Source: Marsupella aquatica (Eukaryota > Plantae > Marchantiophyta). From it: a DNA stretch of 64,000 nucleotides. The stretch is taken from NCBI GenBank assembly GCA_973895155.1, contig OZ316892.1, positions 20,957,619 to 21,021,618 on the forward strand. Reading direction: 5' to 3'. How positions within the stretch are numbered: the first letter of the stretch is position 1; each line of letters starts with the position of its first letter. Below the pieces are notes generated by a model, which did no database searches, had not been told where the DNA came from, and saw only the letters and a list, made by a program, of their open reading frames with translations. The position numbers were made by a program, and so were the translations under genes. Shown here piece by piece: positions 12,588-25,945 of the stretch.

Positions 12588-15500
12588 TCTGATTCACTTG
12601 ACTCGGACCTGTCGGTGGATTCTGCCTCCATGTCTAAAAATTTGTTCTCGGCCATATCATCAACATATCGACTACGAATAAATTTTCTATCAGACCCTCT
12701 CCTTAATCTCAAACCTTTATGCTCCCAATGGAGGGTCCGCACACTATCAGTTCGTCTAGCAATATTCTCAGCATAGGAAGGTAGTACAAATGGTTTCTCG
12801 GGAGTTTTAATATATCGCCTAGCTACTTTCCTTCTGAGTTGGAAACGCCGGCAAAGATTCCAGTCTGACCTGAGGACGAGAAGTTTAGGGTTTTATGTCA
12901 ACGCCAAGAATATTTTAAAAAATGAAAAGAAAAATGATAAATCGAAGAGAGAATAAGGTAATCTACTAAAAAACCGGGTTTACTTAAGAGCTTACTCTGA
13001 AGCTTCTTACTCAAAAGAGTCTCCGCTGTCACTCCCTCCATGAGATCCTGGATCTTCTTCGGTAAGAGACACTTTGGGAATGTTAGGATCCTCCTCTTCT
13101 TCCCCCTCTTCTGTCTCATCCTCATCTTCAGAATCAAAATTTAAGACAGACTTCAGTTTGTCTATCTTTCGTTTTGAAATTGAAGACTTTGGAGGGGCTT
13201 TGGGCTCAGACTCTTTTGGAGTAAGAAGATCCAGAAATACCTTAGAAGCAGTTTCAACAAACTCCTTCCTATTCTCGAGTCCAATTACAAATCGACCACA
13301 ATTATCACCTGCAACAAATGTACTCCCCGAACCTACAGTCCAATCCAGAACAATATCTTCTGGACACGTAATTAGTTCCAACACAGACTGCATGAATCCT
13401 GGATGTAGTCTAGCATTCCCGGCAAATTTAAGCTCTGGAGTTGTATCAACCTTCGCGAAGGGAAGTCCAATCAGATTTGTAATGGAAGGATCCTCTGTTT
13501 TTGAAAGGGGTTTGAACTTAGGATCTTTTGGGACTTTCACCTTGGATGATATCCACGAAAATACATCCAAACGTAAAGTGAATACCTGAAAAGGGAACAA
13601 AATAGAGGAAGGACCCTCAGATTACAATAGCGTCGGGCGCTAGCAAATAATCCAAAAAATCACGTTGAATAGTTTACCTGAAATAAGGTCAAATAAAAAA
13701 AGAAAGTAATACATAATATGAATAGCGCTAGAAAAAGGATCAACAAAATTACCTGTAAATCAGACTTCGCTTTGTACATTGGGAACCCCATGACGACATT
13801 ATGTGTACATAGACACTGAAATTTCTTGGACTCTTGACAAGCGGAGATGACCTGCAAAATTTGATCATACTCCCCCGTATGGAGTATCGCAATAATTCCG
13901 TCATCCAACAAAAAAGGATCCATTGCCCGGAAAAAGGATCGGGGTAGGGTACAGTCGGGGATGTTCCATTTAGGGACCTTTCTGTCAAACAAAGTCGGTT
14001 TTAGCCCAGTTGGCAAGTAAATAAAACCAGCGTCAACACCAAAAGGTCTTTGCTTCCCACCCCTCACCACTCCTTTCAGCCGGCATCCAGATTTGATCAG
14101 GTCTTTCCCCCACTTTTCGGCATCATTTACCCATTCCGGCTTGTCCTCCTTATTAAACACACTATCCACAAGTTCACTGACACTTGTCTCAACGAAACAA
14201 TGACGAGACGACTTGGCTTTAAAATCCCCAACATCACGTTGGAGCCCAGTGACAGCCTGAGAATCCCGTTCTGATTGTCCAGCATCTCGAGTCCTTCTGC
14301 TTTTCTTTTTTGTACTGGTCGCATCGACTGGGACAATCGATTTCCCAGAATTAATAGGTGTAAGTGGATCTGGCAAAGCGCCAGTATTTGCTTCTAACGC
14401 TTTTGGGGTAACCTTCGTATCATCTGTGCCATCTGCATCTGACTTCTTTTGACCTATGAACATATTGCAAAGAATGTGGGATTAGGGCCTTCAAGCAAAC
14501 ACTGATGAAGATTGAAACACAAGAATGGCAGCGCCGGGCGCTAGCAAACATTTGAAAAAAAGATTGAAAACTTACGTTTCTTTCCGGATCGCGTGGAGGC
14601 ACTTGGCACTGCAGTGTCTATTTTAACTTTCCCTCGTGGCTTGCGGCTCCTATCTACATGGACAACTACTGTCTCACAGATTGTCTGTAACTCCGTAGAA
14701 GATTTATCAACGTCGCTAAGGAGACCTTGCTTCATCTCAAAAACAATGTTGGGAAGGATCTGCGACTTTGCAAGTTTCAGAAACCAATCCTTCTCCACTT
14801 CATCAAAGGGTGAATCCTATTTGTCTGTGTCAAGGTACCATGGGCAGTGAATTCTTTCCCACTCGGACATTTCCCTTGGGGGTAGTTTACCCTTGGCAGG
14901 ATACATCGAGTATAAGTCACAAACAAGATCTCCCTCCTTTACAGTAATCCACTTGTGAAATGCGGCTGGATACGCCCAAAGAGCATCCGGGGAATGAATT
15001 TCCATCCAAATGTAGAAACGATACAAATACCTCTTGGCCCTCTTCTGATTTTTCTCGGTATATACCTCTTTATCAAGGTATCTTGATGGCCACATGGTGT
15101 TGAAGAACTTTGCCTTCACAAGATCTCCATACCTTCGGAATTCACTTGAAATTACTTCAATCAGATTTTCTACCGAGTCACACCCTGACTAATCAACCGG
15201 TAGCGTTTCAATCGCTGCAAAAATTGCCGAGTGTAGCATCCCAATTGCAATTCCCTCGACGGTATTCCATGTTTGCCATGTGTGGCACCACTGCTTCACT
15301 GGATCATCGTTCACACTTGAAGGGTGGAAGAATTGTTTTCTCAACTCTGGAGTACAGCGAGCAACGAGCAATGTACACCTCAATTTTTGATCAAGCGCCA
15401 AAACTGCAGTAAAGAGTCTGGCACCGTCCATAACTGTGCAAACAACCAAATCTGGTTTTTCTCTCGCTTGTTTTTCTCTGTCAAAACATACATCTCTGCA

Positions 15501-16345
15501 CAGGTACCTAGAAAATCTTCAAACTCAGGACTAAGAAGAGGAGTGATTTTGGACGTTTTCGTGGACCAATCTTTAGTAGACTCTTTCAACATGAGCGATT
15601 GCCACTTTGTGATGTCATCAGCCGACCAAGGATTGCCTTGACTTGCTGCCAGTGCCATGTCCATCTTGAACTGGTTAGTGTAAGCTTTAATTTTGTTTTC
15701 GCATAAAATATAGACTAGAGCTTCTAGAGGCATTTTTCTTGTGTACCAAGAATGTTTTCGAGTCTTCTGTTTGATATACTCAAACTTTGCATAATTGGCG
15801 CTGTCAATGATAGACTTGTAGTGCTCTAGATCGTGAGAAAGAATCCTCCGGATTCTGTCTGCGTCAAGGATCCACGACGGTTCAACAACGGCCTGCCCTA
15901 ACCTGCAATAGGCCAAGTTTTCAATTATTAGCGTCGGGCGCTAGCTTAACTTAAACACTCAATTAGCCTATAAACATTGTATTATTCTATAAACACTCCA
16001 TAAACACTGTATTTATGTAATAACCAAGTATTGCGGAAATTGTTAATTACAAGCTAGGGCAAAAAACGTACTGGTTCACAGTGTGCATAGCCGCCTCAAT
16101 CTGAATTTGCGAAGCTTTGTCACCCTTGAAAATTGTGCAGAGAACTCTGGGATGATACTTGACGTTGTCAGGATTTTCCTTTGTGACCATCGTCCACGAG
16201 TAAAGTCGATGATTCCCGTCGAACACTGAGAACATTTTGTCTTTCAAGATCATAAAGGCAGGATCTGCCTCGCACTCCAGCTCAAACTTCTCGTTCTCAG
16301 CAACCCAAATTGCATCCCAACTCTCCCTGATCTCTTCAGTGCAGA
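12588..16345 (-). pseudogene. ParB/Srx-like + N4/N6 DNA-methyltransferase-like fusion gene, 3' part (exons ~16345-16072, 15902-14576, 14453-13753, 13585-~13010, ~12870-12588)
   Basis: MFSVFDGNHRLYSW (ParB DGxHR box). C-terminal VDAGFIYLPTG...FFRAMDPFLLDDGIIAILH...LELITCPEDIVLDWTVGSGSTFVAGDNCGRFVIGLE follows beta-class amino-MTase motif order (IV...X-I-II). One frameshift (~15440) and in-frame TAG stops at ~15189 and ~14817. Confidence 0.75.
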
Positions 16346-16369
16346 CACTAGTAGAAAACAATGTATTTT

Positions 16370-17075
16370 ATGACCAAAACAATGACTATTAATCAGGTCT
16401 TTTTAACAAAACAATGACGCAATTGTTCTCGTCTTTCCAGACACGTCACAACGGACATTTTGGTCACGGTCCTTTTGGACAAATGACGCTAAAAACATGT
16501 GGTCATTTCATACTATCCTAAATGACCGTTTTTATGATATGGTCATAAATGTTGAACGGTCCAAAATGACGACACAAATCACCATCGACGGTCAATTGCC
16601 GTTGACCGTCGATGGTCTCCGTACCCAATCACACAACGACACGTGGCAATAAAAAAACTAATAACATTGGTCATTTTGGACAGTCCAAAATGACGTACAT
16701 TATATAACAAATCAAATAGTGACACGTGGTTCAAAGAGGATTCACCATTTGGCAATATATTTGGGTCATTCTGGACGTGTCCAAAATGACTACAGTATAA
16801 ACAAGTCATATTGAGACACGTGGTTCAATTGGGAGAAGACACGTAAAGATACACATTAGTCATTAATGACATGTCTTGAATGACATAAAGTGAGTCATAG
16901 TGGACTTGTTTATAATGACCATGAGAAAGGTCATTGTATATGTCATTCTTTGAATCATTTAGTCTATGTCTTTAATGACCAGAGTTGAGTCATATTGGTC
17001 ACAAAGATAGTTGTGAATAATGACCATTACATCAGTCATTCTAGCTAGTCATTTAGTCATTCAAGCCAATCATTC
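16370..17075. repeat. CACTA left subterminal repeat region (dense AATGAC/GTCATT motifs)
   Basis: Dozens of atgac/gtcat motifs in both orientations next to the TIR, as is typical of TnpA-binding subterminal regions. Confidence 0.8.
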
Positions 17076-17428
17076 AGACGAAGTATTCAATGATTTGGAG
17101 AAATTCAAATTTAAGTGATCATGATAGATAAAACTTGATGTCAATCAAAAATCATATATTACAAAGCCATTCAATAGAGTTGCTAAATGAAAACTTAAAG
17201 AAACATTCGATATATATCACAAATCCAATTGATATTCATACAAGATACCTTCATAAGTCTCACGGTAAATATTGAACTCAATGCAAATTTATGAAACAAA
17301 ATTACATTGACATCAATAATATTAGATTGTCAATTGTTACAACCTGACATACCAATCACTCTGCATGTTTATAGAAAAACAGAGTTGTCATTCTATCATG
17401 TCTATTGTTTCTTGATAGAGTGCTATTT

Positions 17429-20400
17429 CTATTGCTTCTTAAGCAATCTAGAGTTCCATAGGGCATTCATCCCTTTCACATCAGATAATTTAGACTGGTT
17501 CTCCCCTGAATTGGCAAATGGCAATGCCACATCTACAAACACTTCAATCACACGCACTCGCAAGAAAGGGCTTTCAAAATCTGCACAATGAAACTTATCT
17601 TCTCCTGGCAGCCCTGTCACCTCACCTTCTGCCACTATCATGGAATTGTCCACAACGCTCTTCATCTTCACCAAATCTCCTCTTGCAAACTGTGAACAAC
17701 ACATTTTGTTAAAAATGCAATAAACAGAAATTGAAAGATAGAAGAACACTCAAATCAAACACACATTTACCTTTGCAACGGGGTTAGGAGACTGCATTGG
17801 TTTCTTCTGTGCAGGTGATGCATTTGCTGAGGATCCTTTCTTCCTTTTCTTCTTTCCCTTTCTAGTTGATGGAGTGTCATCCTGTTCACTTGGAATGGGA
17901 GTTTCTTTTGGCAACTCAGATGATTCTGGGGTTACATCTGGTGTCAACTGAGTCGACTTATCCTCTGGCAACTGAAAGACATCTGAAATGGCTTCTTTGG
18001 GCAACTTAGATGGCAAAAGGTTCACTTCCAATTCAGTTTGCTTTAGAGTACTGTTAGCTGTGTCAGTTGGTCTTCCCTGCGACACAGGAGGCTCCCCTAA
18101 AGATGCTGTCATAAAACACACACAAAAGAAATGCATAAACAAACATGTATACACCAGCAACATATAATCACACTAAAAACATGCAAGAACATTATAAACA
18201 TGCAATGACATATACACATCACAATAATTACATTGAATGGACAGTGTATACATGATAGAGAATTTTACCTTCATTATCGCCTGAAAAAGTAAGAGATCGC
18301 TTTCTACTACCTTGTTTGGTAGTTGTAGTCAACTTACTGTGACTAGGCACAACTGTTGGAACTTGTGCATTACTGGGGTGATGTGCCATCCACGTAGTCA
18401 TCATGTTTGTCAACTCCCTCACAGTGCCTTTCAACTCAGCGACATCCAATTTCACAGCCCCAATGGCAGTGATCTCTTCTTTTGAATGTGGGGTCTGTAA
18501 ATGAACCACAAACCAACACAACAGTCTCACTGTCAAACTTACAAACGACACAACACTGGCTCTGTCAAATGGAGAATGATGTACAAATCAAATTGGTATG
18601 ACAATACTCACAGCTGATCCATGTCTGTTTCCTTGCCCCAGTAAGCTAGCACTTTTACCCTCCCCACTTGCCAATGATGGGCTCACCTTTGCTCCCACAA
18701 AACTACCAGTCTGACCTTCTGCACTTGCCAATGATGGGCTCATTGTCACCTTTGGCAATGAACCCTGACTACCATGGTTTTCTTTCAGGTCAGATATACC
18801 TGGGCTTGATCCTCTCTTCTGCTTCTGTTCAAACACACAATGAATGAGAAATCACAGAGTTTGTTTTCATCAAGATTCACAAACAAGACAGAATTGATAG
18901 TGAAAATGATAGACAATTTACCATTCTCTTTGCTGCTGCAGCATGCCCTCCCCTTCCAAAGTGAGAGGTATCTTGCACTCGTGCTCTTTTATCAGTCATC
19001 TGTTTACTCAAAGATATCAATGCTGGACTGGTAAAATGAGATACCAAAGCTGCCCATTTCTTTGGATCAACACCAGATGGCCCAAGTTTGGTTGGATCCT
19101 CATTGCAAACTTTCTTCCAATAAACATGCATTTTATGGCGCTCTCTCTTCAATATGCCACGACAATGACTCTGGAATTTGGTGTTAATAAATTCCCCACC
19201 CACATACTCCCACTCAGCTGCCATGTTATTCCACACTGTGGTTGTATGAACTTGTGGATGATCAGTCCATTTTGGCTTTGATACATCAAAGACTCTGAGT
19301 ACGTTGCCACGAAGTTCCTCCAGCCAGTATTGTTTGTTGCCATCAGAATCATCAATATCATTGTCATAAATCTGCATTTCATAGACAATGTCAGATCATA
19401 ACTCTGGAATTTATGCAGAGTCCAGGTTTTATACACACAACAACAGAGAGGATCAGATTTGTCTAAATCTACAAACAAGTACAATACTCACTTTAATGTG
19501 TTTGGGCACCTCTCCGCAATCCCTTCGTTGTTTGGCAGTATTATCAAACTGCTTCTTAGCATGCCTTCGTTCCCTGCGCATCTCAGAGGCCCCTCCTGCA
19601 ATGCACACACATGCATTCAATCAAAAAATATGTACATGATTGAAAAGTTGAGCAAATGTACTTGCATATGCAACACGAGCAGATTGTGTATTACCTGAAG
19701 ATCCTCTGGAATGTAGTACATCAGATTGACCTGATCTGCCTTCAGATGCTGATGGAACCACTAAACAAACACACAACACCAAAGCACTTCAATTAATTTC
19801 ATTTCCAAGTAGAATATCAACTTCCAAACACACCTGAAAAGTAGAACAGTACAATCCACTCACTTTCATATAAGAGTCCAGTGTCTGGGTCTTTCCAACA
19901 TCTCACTAGCCCACCTCCACCAGGCCCAGTCTTCTTAGGACCACGATTTTGTTTCTGTACCTACATCATGGACAACGTAAGCATATCAACATATAATTTG
20001 AAAAAGGGACAAGGATCCCTTCCTATTAGGATGATGAAGTTCAAGCATTACCTGTTGTGCACTCTCTGGTTCTGACCCTCCAATGTCAGAATCCTCAGTG
20101 TCATACTCAGAAGGAGAACCATAGCCATCATCACCAAACTCTGCCATGTTCACCTTGGTAACTTCTGATAGTCTAGAGCTCCTCCTCTTTGGCAATGTTT
20201 CAGTTGAAGTACCTTTCACCAAAGCAGGCTTTCCTCTCTCTCGTTGTACATGTGTGGTTGGGCCTCTAAGGAACAAAGCAATCATCAACATACACCAATG
20301 CAGATCAAACATACATGCAAAATGAATCTACAACACCATAACACTAGTACTTATGTACAGGATCCATACTAGTATGAGACCAATCTGGAATATGAAAACA

Positions 20401-20604
20401 GAACATGAACCTGACAACTCCATCTACTGAATCAAATTTGCAATAGACATATCAACACACACATCAGCTTGCAGTCTGGCCCCAGTCCTAGATCACGCAT
20501 AATTCTGACATTATGCTCTATGTTCCGATTTCGGGCCTCCTCATAAGGATTCACAGAATGTGACAACCCTTGCAATCTTCCTTTCACAGGCTGCATTCAC
20601 CAAC
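17429..20604 (-). CDS. CACTA TnpA/Ptta-like accessory protein, many exons (boundaries approximate)
   Basis: N-terminal YEEARNRNIEHNVRIMRDLGL motif (~20550). Central KKWAALVSHFTS...SKQMTDKRARVQDTSHFGRGG resembles the Ptta/En/Spm domain. C-terminal VAEGEV...LRVRVIEV..DVALPF..ALW resembles the Tnp1/En/Spm-like domain. Numerous GT-AG junctions. Confidence 0.75.
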
Positions 20605-20694
20605 TGCACAAATGGATAAACCATTAGTCTGATTTCATAAATAGTCCATACATGTAGTCCATCTATGGACTTCACACACCTAGCTAAAACCTAT

Positions 20695-23600
20695 TCACTG
20701 CTTAGGCCTGCCCTTTCTTGCAGATCCCTCTGCATCTCTGCCTCGTTTGGGACCAGTACTTGGTCCTGGATTTTCTCTGGACCTACAGGCCTTAGCCAAT
20801 TCGATGTGTAATTTGACATTGTTTTCCATTGTAGCATGGAAATCAACGTCTGTGTAATCACCTAACACCCTTGTGGACCTGGATTCTTTGTGGAGGATTG
20901 TTCTCCATGCTATCCCCTTCTCATTGGGGTGGAAGAAAACCTGCTCCACTTGCTTTGGGAAAACGTAATCCATTTTCTTGGACACACCCAGTTCTCTATG
21001 GAAATTCACCTGCCAAAGACCAGACTTGGTATACCTCATACTGGCAGAGGATTTAGGAGTCCATGATGGATCTGCCCATTTCCCTTTGAAAAGAATCACC
21101 TCTTTCCTCAAGCTGCCATAATTCAGTACCAAGATATCTGTCAAGGCCCCTACATACTGTACAGATTCTTCTATGGTTGCACCAGACCTGTCCACTCGCT
21201 TCTCAGTGAATGTAGAAGCCATCCCAGAATCAAAAGTGCTGAAAGCACCAGAATCACAATCACTCAAACACCCCAAGGATGGAATAGTCCTCCAATGGTG
21301 CCCATAGGCTCTACATGCCCTATACAGTCGTGCCTTCAAACTAGGTGGTGTGGAGTATGCAGATAGTAATGACCGCTCAGACTCTTTCTCAAAATTATGG
21401 GTATTGACTAATGTTTGAAACCATTCCCTGAAAGGTGGCAATTCTTGGCAGTCTACGGGAAATTCCACTGGTTTTCTTCGATTGGCAGGCTTCCTCATCC
21501 ACTCCTTCCGGAAATCCACTCTTCGTTTGGTAACAGTCTCATTGGTAGCATCATATATCCTGCATGGCAACAACAACACTGAAGACATTAGTGCACGATC
21601 CACCATGAATATACAAACACAATGGGGAAACATAATTATGATCCATATGCCTAAGGATAGGAGAGTTTCTAGGGTTTATGTACCTATACCATGGAGCCAC
21701 TGTCTCTTCATTCTCTAATATATAATGATGCATGGCCATCATTTCAGACCAATCCAAAGTTATCGCCTTTGCAGCCCCTTCCAAAACAATGCCTGCAACG
21801 CCAGCATCCTCCTCCAACTCCCAGGTTCGTTTTCCCTCTCCCTTTGCATCAATCATGTATTCAGAAAGAAATCCCAAAGACTCATCTAATACATAGCCTT
21901 CAGCCATAGAAGCCTCTGGACGTGCCTTGTTTCGTACATAACCCTTCAATACCTTCAGGTTCCTCTCTATTGGGTACATCCATCTGCCTGTAACTGGGCC
22001 ACACAAGTCTAATTCCTCCACTAGGTGAATCATTAAATGGGTCATGACATCAAAGAAGCTTGGTGGAAAATGGATTTCCAAAATGCAGAGAGTGAATGCA
22101 ACATCCATCATCAAATTCTCATACATTGAAGGGTCCCACACCTTCGTACAGATCTGGCGATAGATATTGCTCACCCCAGCTATGGCCAAGCGAACCCCTT
22201 CATCAAGTAATCCCATTGTTGCCAGAGGGAGAATCTGTTGCATGAGTTGGTGGAAATCATGTGATTTCAACCCAGAGAGTTTCTTGGATTTTGTAACACA
22301 CTTTGCCAAAGAACTTGAAAAACCAGTGGGCCCTTTCAAGGTCAATAAAACCTCCAAGAACCTTGTTCTTTCCTTCTTGCTCAGGCAATATGGGGCTGGG
22401 GGCATCAACAATTTGTCATCCTTACGCTTGGGAGCTGGATTGGGTACAAGCCATAGGTGTTGGCGCACCTGTAAGAGCTTCATGTCTTCTCTCACAGAAG
22501 GAGTGTCCTTGGTCCCAATGATAGTGTGCACAATGTTGTGTGCAAGATTCTTCTCACAGTGCATGGGATCTAGACAATGGTTAATGAGTAGTTTCTGCAG
22601 TGGACACACAATTCAGAAATTAGGGCATTGAATACAACTTTTGGCATCACTGGGCAGTAGTTTGTGCAGTGGACACAATTCAGAAATTAGTGCATTGAAT
22701 ACAACAATTACAAAATCTGGGCTACAGGAAGTATATGAAGAGAATATATTTCAAAGTCATATGAAGAGATTGCAGAAATTCATTGTAGTAGTATGGAGTC
22801 TTACATTCCAATAGGGCAACTTGTACAGACCAGTAGCCCTCTTCACTCCATGCACCTTTATGGGGCATTTCTCATCCTCAACCTTGGTTCCTCCCTTCTT
22901 CAAATATTCTGTTGTCTCGTCTCCCCACTTCTTTCTATCAGAGCTTGTCATTCTACACGGTGCAGGTCGACTCTCAATTGCACCATCAAAGTATTGTGCA
23001 CTATCTGGTCTACGAAAAAGATGCCTTGTTGCTAACCATCGACGGTGGCCACTGTACTCTAATTTCTGCAAGTGCTTAGAACCACGTGCCACACATTCTG
23101 GCCCACAGATGACACATCCTTTGTATCCAGAGTGTTGTTGTCCAGATATTAAACCATATGCAGGGTAATCATTGATTGTCCACAATAGCACAGCCCTAAG
23201 GTTGAAGTGTTGAGACAATCCTGGGCGTGGCAATTTGTCAAAGCAGGGCACTCCTTTCTTCCACAACAGCTCCAACTCCTCATAGAATGGGCCCAATATT
23301 ATGTCTAGCTGTTCCTCTGTTACTGAATCAGGTCCTGGAATCAGCATAGCTAGCATGACAAAGAACTTCTTGGTGGTAAGCCAAGGAGGTAAATTGTAAT
23401 TCAACAACAGTATTGGCCAGGTAGACCAAGCTGTGGAATTATTCCCAAAGGGATTCACCCCATCAAGTGCCAACCCAAATCGCACATTCCTTGGTTCAGC
23501 TGCAAATTCCCGATCAATATTTGTATCCACATGCTTCCAAGCCTTTGAATCTGCTGCGTGCCGAACCATGTTGTCTGTGCTTCTATTCTCATGATGCCAA

Positions 23601-24688
23601 GTCATGAGTTTAGATGTACCAGCAGTGGCATACAATCTCTTCAACCTGGGAATTATAGGGAAATACCGCACTACCTTCCTTGCCTGTAATGAATTCCCCA
23701 CTCTCTTCATCTTGGGCTGCTGACACACTGAACAGTTTTCTAACTTGGCATTCTCACCCCTAAAGAGCATACAACCTTTCTCACAGACAGGGATTCTCTC
23801 ATAATCCAAGCCAAGCTTTCTCAATAGCTGCTTTGCAGCATATAAGTTCTTGGGCAGATTATGCTCTGTAGGCATACCATGCTCCCCCATCAAAGACAAC
23901 AATGCATTCACTCCTTTGTTTGAGAATCCATGGCCATGACAGATGTTCAGCAGAAGCAACATGAATGACACAACATCTATTTTGCTGCCTGGGAACAAAG
24001 GTTGCATTGCTGCATCTAAAGATAACTGTGCAGGATCAGTCTCCACAGGAGTTTTGGAGGTTTCAAGGGGGTTTACAGGATGGGCACCTCCTTCACTCTC
24101 ATCATCCCCAAGTACAAAATCCAAGTCAAAACGGTCCTGATCATCTAGCTCATGCTCAGGGGATTCTTCACTGGTTCTCAGCAACGTTTCTTCCAGTAGA
24201 GCCCTGATATGTTCTTCGACATCTATAGTTGGATGTTCTTGAACATCCACAGTTGGATACTCTGGAACATCCACAGTTGGATACTCTGGAACATCTACAA
24301 ATAAATGTTCTTCAACATCTACAGTTGGCTGTTGTGCACAGGTTGCCTGCTGAAGGTTTGCTACCCTCAATGCCTCAGGGCCATGTTGTGACATGTAGTC
24401 AGCACCCCACTCTTCATCAGAAGAGTCCTGTCCCTCTCCCACCCACACTCGACATGCAGGGTACCGACCATGTTTAATAAGGTGCAGTCTAGCAGTATTC
24501 CGATTAGTCCTATAATTCCCTTTGCAGTTCACACAAGGGCAGTACATCTTATGGTCCCCACTCTTGTGGCAGGCCTTCTGTTCTCGAACCCACAAAGCAT
24601 CATCACGATGTTGTACTCTAGCTGGATGGAAGAGCGGCAACTTTGGAGTTCTACCCACACCTAACGTATTCTGTGGCAATTGTGCCAT
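20695..24688 (-). CDS. CACTA TnpD/Tnp2 transposase (exons 24688-22805, 22594-21684, 21559-20695)
   Basis: CPCVNC N-terminal associated domain, NVRFGLALDGVNPF..STWPILLLNYNLPP, LLWTINDYPAYG, LDPMHCEKN, GLKSHDFH, WMYPIERNLKVLKGYVRN and a DUF4216-like C-terminus. Exons are open and splice in frame. Confidence 0.95.
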
Positions 24689-25285
24689 GCTAGCTTGATT
24701 GAAATTGTATTCAAACTATGATTTTCAAACTGAATCAGAGTGACATGCATACAAAATTGGGCCTACCGTCACAGTTGTACAACCGATGCCAACCACAGTC
24801 CAATTGCTCAAACCCACAGAGCCCAGTTTCTCAAATCCACTGTAGTAGGGCACCTTCTCCTTGCATACAAATAGAGCATCACATACAGTGTCATCAGAAT
24901 GATACTATGAACGTAAATCTCTGTGCCTTCATCATTTCCAGTATTTGTTTGCCTATTAGGAATGTGAGCAGACAGGTCTGGAATAAGTAACGTTTGTGAC
25001 ACCAGTGACAAATTTACAAGTGAAGTTTAGACATCAATATGGAGGAAAGTCACACTCAAAGTACATGCTTGAAAATCAGAATCCTACCCTGGAAAAGATA
25101 ATAAAGTTGATTTCTCAAAATTAATTGCCTCAATCCGCAATGCACTGTCGTAGAGTGTGTATACATGAGGAGTTCATCAAACTGCATATAAATAGTCCAC
25201 ATGTTTTAGCACTCTGAAAATTGTTTAAGTCCACGTGAAACCATCAAAAAGCTCTATCTCAAGTTTGTGTTCGATCCAGCCTCAA

Positions 25286-25945
25286 TCAAATCCAAGATAT
25301 GTGGCTCCTAGCAGGAGTGCCTAGTGTAGGGTCAATGTCATGGTCAGGACAGTAAAACATCCCCTTCTTGGGCTGCCCATGCGCTGAGTGATCCCAAATT
25401 GTTCGATCATGGGCAAATCCCCTCTGCTGGATAAACAGCAGGCAGTCTTTGTGCCATGCCTTAGGACACCTCATGCACTGAACCAAAAAGCCATTAGCCC
25501 CATCATTGGGCCCCTGTCCACAAGTAAGACAAATATGGAGTCCACATGATGCTGTGCCAGGAACCAAACACTGCCGACAGTAAAACCGGGCACAGAGAGA
25601 GTCTGGACATTTTCTTACCTCTTCACCAATTTTTCCAGACACATGGCACTTAAAGCAAGAATGTTCCTCATTCTTGCAATCAACACAAAGCCATTCTCCA
25701 ACATGGCCATCAGCGAGGGATATAGTTGGGCATAGCCATTGCTGACCCAAAGGACAGGAAACATTCTTATGGAAATGTCGGTGGCAAGGCCCATCACAAA
25801 CAATGAGATCCCCTCCCTCATCACAAATCGCACATACATGTGGACTATTCTGGTTAATCTCAATGTCTGAATATAAGGACAATTGAGGTGCTTGAGAGGA
25901 TTCACCTCTGCAACGATTCATGGCCTTCTGCTTATTGCGAGCCAT
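25286..25945 (-). CDS. Stand-alone EDM2/NSD-type PHD-finger (Cys/His-rich) protein carried inside the CACTA element
   Basis: CAICDEGGDLIVCDGPCHRHFH...CVDCKNEEHSCFKC...CARFYC...CGLHICLTC...CMRCPKAWHKDCL...RTIW...FYCPDHDIDPTLGTPARSHISW; single open exon. Confidence 0.85.
   Translation of the reverse strand: MARNKQKAMNRCRGESSQAPQLSLYSDIEINQNSPHVCAICDEGGDLIVCDGPCHRHFHKNVSCPLGQQWLCPTISLADGHVGEWLCVDCKNEEHSCFKCHVSGKIGEEVRKCPDSLCARFYCRQCLVPGTASCGLHICLTCGQGPNDGANGFLVQCMRCPKAWHKDCLLFIQQRGFAHDRTIWDHSAHGQPKKGMFYCPDHDIDPTLGTPARSHISWI

Noticed and set aside
13074-13589. 171-aa plus-strand Ser-rich ORF
   Set aside because: Antisense shadow of the acidic MTase-like exon.
12588-16345. Bacterial contamination or a restriction-modification system as the source of the MTase-like gene
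   Set aside because: The gene has spliceosomal introns, is interrupted by a plant CACTA and has no adjacent restriction endonuclease.
22167-23168. Plus-strand ORFs of 80-154 aa
   Set aside because: Antisense to the TnpD transposase exons; no independent motifs.
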